From: Nemertoderma westbladi
Lineage: Eukaryota; Animalia; Xenacoelomorpha
NCBI GenBank assembly: GCA_032718475.1
Contig: JAUCBJ010002718.1
Span: forward strand, 1-42,194
DNA length: 42,194 bases
Direction: 5' to 3'
Both the position numbers and the translations under genes were made by a program. The notes under the pieces were generated by a model. The model saw only the letters and a program-made list of their open reading frames with translations, had not been told where the DNA came from and searched no databases. This document shows positions 33,634 to 42,194 of this stretch, in pieces. Every line of letters begins with the position of its first letter. The first letter of the stretch is position 1.

Positions 33634-34941
33634 CTACAACTTCTTGGCTTGGTTAAATAACTCGTCTACCACTTTTCCCAAATTACCTATGGTATGTACC
33701 CCGAAGTCGTATGTCTTATCTGTTAGATCATCCTCGAATATAATGACGATCCCCTGGCCTTGGTCGAGAATCCCGTTGAGCTTTTTATCGAGAATCATCT
33801 GCGAGAGTTTCCCTTCTACAACGTCTTGCTCCAGTTGAATGAGCTTCGATATGTGGTGTATCTGTACCCGGGAATACGGCTCGATTATTCGACTCAACGC
33901 CTGCTCCAGCATAGTGTCGTGAAGTCTATCAAGGTGTTTCGATATGATCGTGTCCTGACACAGTTCCACCTCGAAGGCCTCGAGAGCTCCCTTGAAATCG
34001 CTGAGAGACCTACGTTGGGAAGCAACCGCGACCGCCTTGAGGGCCTCGATATGCCGGCCGCTGTACTTGGAGGCCAACTTGCCGCTGACTATGCCTTGTA
34101 CATCGTCCGGTTGGTTCAACATTATTTTACACAGGAGCATGTACTTGAGAGGGAGAAGGGCCTTGGAGTCGGTGGCTGAGTCGTAACCCTCGAACGCTTC
34201 AAAAAAGTAGGAGAAGGCCGTTTTGAAGTCGTTGTCGTCGATGGCATGAAGTATCCCGGACTGCATGTCTAGGGAGGCCTGTAGTTGTGGGGGGCAGTAG
34301 ATCGAGTTCGCAGTGGTTCGAGCGGACGTTAGCGAAGCTCGAGATTTCTGTAGATTTCCGAGAGCTTCGTAGATTCGGCTCTCCAGTAGTTGGACCTCGA
34401 CAAGAAGGCCTTTGTCGTCGACCACCTTGATCTCTTTGAGTAACGTCTTGGCGAGCGGGAGCGCGTCGTCGTACAGCTCAGCGTTGAAGTACTGCGATAT
34501 TAGACGCGCCTCTAGACTTTGCCTCAAGAACTGGCGACGCTCCTCCTTTGCCCAACCGATGCATTGCTTACACACCTCTACGGCTTTGTGATGATGTTCT
34601 GCGTTTTTCGCCATGTTTAGGTACAGATCCACTAATATTTTAACGATTTTTCCAGCTTTCGCTTTGCTAACGCGGTTCAGGAAAGCCTTCGTGTTCGAGC
34701 CGATTATTAAATCCTCTAGTTTTTGCGCCCCGTCCAGCGGTTCTACTTCTAGGGAGTATTGCTTCCCTAACCCGATTATACATTGCTCCTGAATTCCAAC
34801 CAAAACCTCGCTATCGATAGTAGTTGGGCAGCTGTTGAGGATTTCGGAGAATGTCTCTTTTTTTTCCGAAGGATTATCAGAAGTTTCTGCTTGATGAAAT
34901 TTTTCCGTTATTCCCCACTCTATAACATCAGAAGTCGCCAT
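33634..34941 (-). CDS. PSMD11: 26S proteasome non-ATPase regulatory subunit 11 (Rpn6), 435 aa from the first ATG, single-exon CDS
   Basis: Motifs SKAKAGKIVK.LVD, WAKEERRQFLRQSLEARL, LLVEVQLLES, RASLTSARTTANSIYCPPQLQASLDMQSGILHA, DFKTAFSYFFEAFEGYD and PCI domain IIEPYSRVQI...KLSQMILDKKLNGILDQG. The start is moved from the TTG at 34947 to the ATG at 34941. Confidence 0.97.
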   Translation of the reverse strand: MATSDVIEWGITEKFHQAETSDNPSEKKETFSEILNSCPTTIDSEVLVGIQEQCIIGLGKQYSLEVEPLDGAQKLEDLIIGSNTKAFLNRVSKAKAGKIVKILVDLYLNMAKNAEHHHKAVEVCKQCIGWAKEERRQFLRQSLEARLISQYFNAELYDDALPLAKTLLKEIKVVDDKGLLVEVQLLESRIYEALGNLQKSRASLTSARTTANSIYCPPQLQASLDMQSGILHAIDDNDFKTAFSYFFEAFEGYDSATDSKALLPLKYMLLCKIMLNQPDDVQGIVSGKLASKYSGRHIEALKAVAVASQRRSLSDFKGALEAFEVELCQDTIISKHLDRLHDTMLEQALSRIIEPYSRVQIHHISKLIQLEQDVVEGKLSQMILDKKLNGILDQGQGIVIIFEDDLTDKTYDFGVHTIGNLGKVVDELFNQAKKL

Positions 34942-34959
34942 TATCAATACTTAATAGTT

Positions 34960-35890
34960 TAAGCAACCACTACCACTGTACCATTACAGCATTACCGCTA
35001 TGTTTGGGTGCTAGCGTTTTAGGACTACCTCTGGCTGTCTGGCTCTGACTGTCTGAGGCCTACCTACCCACTACCAGTGACCAGCCTACCGCTACAACCG
35101 TCTACAACAGTACAGTACAAAACAAACAACGCAAACCAGGAGACCAACAAATCGAAGAATTTAGACAAAATGGGTACGCCTATGTCAGTTGGCCTATGTC
35201 TGTATGTGATAGAGCCCCAACTTGCAACACAGAAAGTCTGATACCGGCTGACCGGTATAGGATCACTGTATCAGTACCGGTATATAGAAGAATGAAAATA
35301 CGCTATCTCCGGGATATAGACTACAGATATACTGATATAGGAGGCCCTATTGTCTCCCCCCAGTGCTGCAGTGGGCCAGTGCCAGTTGCTGAGTTGACAG
35401 TACTGCAGTAGTACTGCAGAACTGGTACCAGGGTACGGTCTGACGGTACCACTGTACCGGTATATCGGTCTGTCGGTACGGTAGAGTACCGGTACAGTCA
35501 GACAGTAACAGAGTAAACAGTGTAACTGGTGTACAGGAACAAGAGTACCGGCTGACCGGTACCCACAGCCACAGACCCAGGTGCCAGGCTGCCAGGTACC
35601 GGTAGTTGAGTAGGCTAGGCGCCTCGCGCCTATATGCTAATGAATAACAAACTGCAGGTCTGACATTCAGACATTAGGCCTATGATATAATTGTACTGTC
35701 AGACTATCTGACTGTTGTAGGCCTACCGGCAGACCGGTATAGGCCTAACTCAGTACCTGTCCGGTAGTGCGGTAGTCTTCTTAAGTGCTGAACACTGAAT
35801 TGCAACTCTGACACTGACAGATCATTGTAGTACTGTAGTACGTAGTAGGCCTACTGTCTGACTGTAGTAGTGCTGTAGTGTGACTGTGCA
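34960..35890. promoter_or_regulatory. Extended promoter-proximal tract saturated with short palindromes upstream of PSMD11
   Basis: Many ACCGGT/TACCGGTA, GGTACC, TACAGTA/TACTGTA and CTGCAG words, and TAGGCCTA at 35675, 35718, 35740 and 35846. The role is inferred from position. Confidence 0.45.
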
Positions 35891-36163
35891 ATATTATTAT
35901 ACCTGTGTCTAAATGGCTCAGAAAATTATACAACATAGTTCATTTTGGCCCGTTTGCTGAGGCTCTAAAATTCTGTTGGAAGTTAAGCCTGCTCGCATTA
36001 GCCAATCATAGTCGAAGTCGAGTATTTTCTTGTTCCAGCTACAAACTGCAAAGCCTTATTCCCCCAGTAGTATAAACAACATACAGCCTTAGCATGGCTC
36101 TGTGGGTTTGAGTGTCTGGATATTATAAAACTGTTTTAAATGTTTGCTTGAAATGAAAGGTCT

Positions 36164-36370
36164 AATCTAATTTATTGAAAGGGGTAGGTAATCTTTTCTA
36201 TGAGAGAATGGGATAATCTAATTTATTGAAAGGGGTAATCTTTTTTATGAGAGAATGGGATAATCTAATTTATTGAAAGGGGTAATCTTTTTTATGAGAG
36301 AATGGGATAAATCTAATTTATTGAAAGGGGTAATCTTTTTTATGAGAGAATGGGATAATCTAATTTATTT
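36164..36370. repeat. 47-bp tandem repeat, ~4 copies
   Basis: Unit TAATCTAATTTATTGAAAGGGGTAATCTTTTTTATGAGAGAATGGGA, e.g. starting at 36214 and 36261. Confidence 0.92.
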
Positions 36371-37316
36371 TCACTACGGAACCCCTAAAGGGACATTTTG
36401 AAAAAACTGCTTTATTTCGTAAGTATTTTAGTATTTTTTTGCGAGGAACAAAGGTTAGGACCGCGGTTAAACTAACTGAGGAACAAATGTTAGGCCAGTT
36501 GAAACATTACGTGGGGTGGCATATTAATTCAACTAGGCGGCAATGTTAAACGAGGCTATGGCTACTCTAAATAAAATAAATTGAATACAAATCTATCTTA
36601 TTATTATTGACATAGAAGGGCCTTATATAGCCTTGTGTATCTTTACATAAATTTCTTAATACTCTACCTAGCCAACACTAAATTCTCCACTGCGCACGAG
36701 TCCCGCAAGAGGAGCGATAGGTCTATTCGACAACAGTACTTTAAAGTGACTATAGGAGGATTACAGTAGTTCCGGAGGGCCCGCACTGGAAATAAGTTCC
36801 CAGACTTATAAAACTTTTGCTTTACCATTTTTAGTGGAAACAAAACAATTATTTTAACGCCATTTTGTTTCTGTGGTATTATTTCAGACTTCAATAAATG
36901 TCATTAAAAATTACCAAAATATACTGTATATATGTAATTCACGCAAAAGTTTCCACATACTGTATAATATACGGTATTTATTTTAATCAATCGAAAAAGT
37001 TCATTTTATAAAAATATTAGACTCTTTGACATTGACTGTTGTACATGGATTCGGGTACAGTACAGTAGGCCTACTGCAACCCGTATCTAGAATTTTCATA
37101 CAGGCCTACTGTATGTAGCGAGCTGTATCGATGTACCACACAATAGCTACACTATAATATACATTAGCTTTTTATATATTGAAATTTATCTCCATAGATT
37201 ACCTGGTTTCTTTACAGAATGGTTGCAATATAAAGTTGTGATGCATACTCAATGCATCACAAGTTGTGTTGAGTTGATAAGTTGTTTAAGAGTAGATAGT
37301 GGAATAAAATGAATGA

Positions 37317-37493
<177 letters not shown>

Positions 37494-37689
37494 TAATATT
37501 ATAATTTTTAATTAGTAATTATTGGGCACAAAAATCTACTAATCTCTGTTTTGCGATGTAAGCGATATGCACGTACATTGTAGGCTTTCTATATGTACTA
37601 CTGTATATACAGTATCATACTGTATATGTACAATACAATATAAGGCGGAGTTAGTTCATTGAGTTGAGCTCTATTGGTTGTCGAGCCCC

Positions 37690-37860
37690 CCTCCCGCCTG
37701 GGTTCACTCAGCCTTCCATCTACTGGTATGGGTAAAATGAGGACCAGTTGATACTGGGACCAAAACTATGGATTTGAGTAGCCCCAACACTTCGGGTAGC
37801 AGCTATCGAAAGAGGAGCCTTCGTGTCGCATCCGGCTTTGGTCGACTGATTGCTATGCTT
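37690..37860 (+). mobile_element. SINE fragment with a MetaSINE/Sauria-like central domain
   Basis: CACTCAGCCTTCCATCTACTGGTATGGGTAAAATGAGGACCAG resembles the conserved ACTCAGCCTTCCATCC...GGTAAAATGAGTACCAG SINE core. Recognised from memory. Confidence 0.5.
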
Positions 37861-37954
37861 ACAATATTATGTATAACGTTTACATTGTACATTTAGCCGA
37901 GGTCTACTTAGTCTTTTTTACGGTATTGTGCATATGCTGTTGGACTTTTTTAAT

Positions 37955-40900
37955 CATTTACTGTATGTTTACTGTTAATTGTGTGATGTATGCATGCTGT
38001 TAGTTTGTTGTATAATACATGCATGCATGCTGTTAGTTTGTTGTGTAATACATGCATGCATGCTGTTAGTTTGTTGTATAATACATGCATGCATGCTGTT
38101 AGTTTGTTGTATAATACATGCATGCATGCTGTTAGTTTGTTGTATAATACATGCATGCATGCTGTTAGTTTGTTGTATAATACATGCATGCATGCTGTTA
38201 GTTTGTTGTATAATACATGCATGCATGCTGTTAGTTTGTTGTATAATACATGCATGCATGCTGTTAGTTTGTTGTGTAATACATGCATGCATGCTGTTAG
38301 TTTGTTGTATAATACATGCATGCATGCTGTTAGTTTGTTGTATAATACATGCATGCATGCTGTTAGTTTGTTGTATAATACATGCATGCATACTGTTAAT
38401 TGGATGTGTAATGCATGCATGCATGCTGTTAGTTTGTTGTATAATACATGCATGCATGCTGTTAGTTTGTTGTGTAATACATGCATGCATGCTGTTAGTT
38501 TGTTGTATAATACATGCATGCATGCTGTTAGTTTGTTGTATAATACATGCATGCATGCTGTTAGTTTGTTGTATAATACATGCATGCATACTGTTAATTG
38601 GATGTGTAATGCATGCATGCATGCTGTTAGTTTGTTGTATAATACATGCATGCATGCTGTTAGTTTGTTGTGTAATACATGCATGCATGCTGTTAGTTTG
38701 TTGTATAATACATGCATGCATGCTGTTAGTTTGTTGTATAATACATGCATGCATGCTGTTAGTTTGTTGTGTAATACATGCATGCATGCTGTTAGTTTGT
38801 TGTGTAATGCATGCATGCATGCTGTTCGTTTGTTGTATAATACATGCATGCATGCTGTTAGTTTGTTGTGTAATACTTTCATGCATGCTGTTAGTTTGTT
38901 GTATAATACATGCATGCATGCTGTTAGTTTGTTGTATAATACATGCATGCATGCTGTTAGTTTGTTGTGTAATACTTTCATGCATGCTGTTAGTTTGTTG
39001 TATAATACATGCATGCATGCTGTTAGTTTGTTGTATAATACATGCATGCATGCTGTTAGTTTGTTGTGTAATACATGCATGCATGCTGTTAGTTTGTTGT
39101 GTAATGCATGCATGCATGCTGTTAGTTTGTTGTATAATACATGCATGCATGTTGTTAGTTTGTTGTATAATACATGCATGCATGCTGTTAGTTTGTTGTA
39201 TAATACATGCATGCATGCTGTTAGTTTGTTGTATAATACTTGCATGCATGCTGTTAGTTTGTTGTATAATACATGCATGCATGCAGTTAGTTTGTTGTAT
39301 AATACATGCATGCATGCTGTTAGTTTGTTGTATAATACATGCATGCATGCTGTTAGTTTGTTGTATAATGCATGCATGCATGCTGTTAGATTGTTGTATA
39401 ATACATACATGCATGCTGTTAGTTTGTTGTATAATACATGCATGCATGCTGTTAGTTTGTTGTATAATACATGCATGCATGCTGTTAGTTTGTTGTGTAA
39501 TACATGCATGCATGCTGTTAGTTTGTTGTGTAATGCATGCATGCATGCTGTTCGTTTGTTGTATAATACATGCATGCATGCTGTTAGTTTGTTGTGTAAT
39601 ACTTTCATGCATGCTGTTCGTTTGTTGTATAATACATGCATCGCATGCATGCTGTTAGTTTGTTGTATAATACATGCATCCATGCTGTTAGTTTGTTGTG
39701 TAATACTTGCATGCATGCTGTTAGTTTGTTGTGTAATACATGCATGCATGCTGTTAGTTTGTTGTGTAATGCATGCATGCATGCTGTTCGTTTGTTGTAT
39801 AATACATGCATCGCATGCATGCTGTTAGTTTGTTGTATAATACATGCATGCATGCTGTTAGTTTGTTGTATAATACATGCATGCATGCTGTTAGTTTGTT
39901 GTATAATACATGCATGCATGCTGTTAGTTTGTTGTGTAATACATGCATGCATGCTGTTAGTTTGTTGTGTAATACATGCATGCATGCTGTTACGTTTGTT
40001 GTATAATACATGCATAGCATGCTGTTAGTTTGTTGTATAATACTCATGCATGCTGTTAGTTTGTTGTATAATACATGCATGCATGCTGTTAGTTTGTTGT
40101 ATAATACATGCATGCATGCTGTTAGTTTGTTGTGTAATACTTGCATGCATGCTGTTAGTTTGTTGTATAATACATGCATGCATGCTGTTAGTTTGTTGTA
40201 TAATACATGCATCCATGCTGTTAGTTTGTTGTGTAATACATGCATGCATGCTGTTAGTTTGTTGTGTAATACATGCATGCATGCTGTTAGTTTGTTGTAT
40301 AATACATGCATGCATGCTGTTAGTTTGTTGTATAATACATGCATGCATGCTGTTAGTTTGTTGTATAATACATGCATGCATGCTGTTAGTTTGTTGTATA
40401 ATACATGCATGCATGCTGTTAGTTTGTTGTATAATACATGCATGCATGCTGTTAGTTTGTTGTATAATACATGCATGCATGCTGTTAGTTTGTTGTATAA
40501 TACATGCATGCATGCTGTTAGTTTGTTGTATAATACATGCATGCATGCTGTTAGTTTGTTGTATAATAGCATGCATCAGCATGCATGCTATTAGTTTGTT
40601 GTATAATACATGCATGCATGCTGTTAGTTTGTTGTATAATACATGCATGCATGCTGTTAGTTTGTTGTGTAATGCATGCATGCATGCTGTTCGTTTGTTG
40701 TATAATACATGCATCGCATGCATGCTTTAGTTTGTTGTATAATACATGCATGCATGCTGTTAGTTTGTTGTATAATACATGCATGCATGCTGTTAGTTTG
40801 TTGTGTAATACATGCATGCATGCTGTTAGTTTGTTGTGTAATACATGCATGCATGCTGTTAGTTTGTTGTATAATACATGCATGCATGCTTGTTAGTTTG

Positions 40901-41880
40901 TTGTATAATACATGCATGCATGCTGTTAGTTTGTTGTATAATACATGCATGCATGCTGTTAGTTTGTTGTATAATACATGCATGCATGCTGTTAGTTTGT
41001 TGTATAATACATGCATGCATGCTGTTAGTTTGTTGTGTAATACATGCATGCATGCTGTTAGTTTGTTGTATAATACATGCATGCATGCTGTTAGTTTGTT
41101 GTATAATACATGCATACATGCTGTTAGTTTGTTGTATAATACATGCATGCATGCTGTTAGTTTGTTGTATAATACATGCATGCATGCTGTTAGTTTGTTG
41201 TATAATACATGCATGCATGCTGTTCGTTTGTTGTATAATACATGCATCACATGCATGCTGTTAGTTTGTTGTATAATACATGCATGCATGCTGTTAGTTT
41301 GTTGTATAATACATGCATGCATGCTGTTCGTTGTTGGTATAATACATGCATCACATGCATGCTATTAGTTTGTTGTATAATACATGCATGCATGCTGTTA
41401 GTTTGTTGTGTAATACATGCATGCATGCTGTTAGTTTGTTGTATAATACATGCATGCATGCTGTTCGTTTGTTGTATAATGCATGCATCACATGCATGCT
41501 ATTAGTTTGTTGTATATACATGCAGCATGCTGTTAGTTTGTTGTATAATACATGCATGCATGCTGTTAGTTTGTTGTATAATACATGCATGCATGCTGTT
41601 CGTTTGTTGTATAATACATGCATCACATGCATGCTGTTAGTTTGTTGTATAATACATGCATGCATGCTGTTAGTTTGTTGTGTAATACATGCATGCATGC
41701 TGTTAGTTTGTTGTGTAATACATGCATGCATGCTGTTAGTTTGTTGTATAATACATGCATGCATGCTGTTAGTTTGTTGTGTAATACATGCATGCATGCT
41801 GTTAGTTTGTTGTGTAATACATGCATGCATACTGTTAGTTTGTTGTATAATACATGCATCACATGCATGCTATTAGTTTG
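37955..41880. repeat. 33-bp satellite, roughly 119 copies, with an (ATGC)n palindromic core
   Basis: Unit CATGCTGTTAGTTTGTTGTATAATACATGCATG. Its length is divisible by 3, which produces the spurious 11-aa-repeat ORFs on both strands. Confidence 0.97.
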
Positions 41881-42194
41881 TGGGGCGAGCCACGAAGTTG
41901 GCGGAGCCTTAGCGAATTGACACTGTTAGGGGGGTGGGTCAATTTATGCAAATAGTTGTCGTCGTCGTCGTCGTCGTTGTCGTCGTCGTCGTCGTCGTTG
42001 TCGTCGTCGTTACGATTTTGACATGCTAATAACTTTGTCGGATTTAAAGCTGCCAAGTTGAAAATTTGTAGGTATCAATATGAGCAAAAGTTGAGATTTT
42101 TGAGAGACTTTCAGACACCATCAGTGCAATGGTCTCCCGCTAGAGGGCCACATGTCTAAACATTAAATGCCCTCCCATTTCTTTGCTTTTAATC
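41874..42194 (-). mobile_element. Inverted, near-identical copy of the right end of the 4030-5316 element, running off the window
   Basis: Reverse complement of ~5021-5316. It differs mainly in the length of the (GAC/GTC)n tract and in a few substitutions. Confidence 0.9.

Noticed and set aside
33515-34186. Plus-strand ORFs overlapping PSMD11
   Set aside because: They are antisense shadows of a real CDS with no independent evidence.
36372-36400. CACTAC-starting possible CACTA/EnSpm terminus
   Set aside because: No partner TIR or TSD was found in the window.
37950-41920. Long Cys/His/Met-rich repeat ORFs on both strands
   Set aside because: They come from a 33-bp satellite with several open frames and frequent frameshifts, with no unique coding flanks.

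Overview
AT-rich, gene-sparse, repeat-rich eukaryotic DNA, most likely from an invertebrate animal; the species cannot be assigned from this window. Only three ORFs look like real genes. All are on the minus strand and each is a complete, uninterrupted reading frame: mitochondrial ribosomal protein uL29m (MRPL47), a sphingomyelin synthase (SMS1/2-like) and proteasome lid subunit Rpn6 (PSMD11). The very long ORFs at both ends are artefacts of satellites (46/41-bp at ~61-3990, 33-bp at ~37955-41880); a third, 32-bp satellite lies at ~10600-12261. The rest is a mosaic of non-autonomous DNA elements with readable TIRs and TSDs, plus SINE/LINE scraps. The largest is a 4.1-kb foldback with ~1.4-kb arms and a perfect 9-bp TSD. 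The most unusual signal is a pervasive set of short TA-bounded words (TAGGCCTA, TACAGTA/TACTGTA, TACCGGTA). They cluster upstream of the genes, and three paired repeat-copy comparisons show them as insertions at TA dinucleotides. This suggests a footprint-writing mutational process acting in open chromatin. All calls were made by eye, without database searches.
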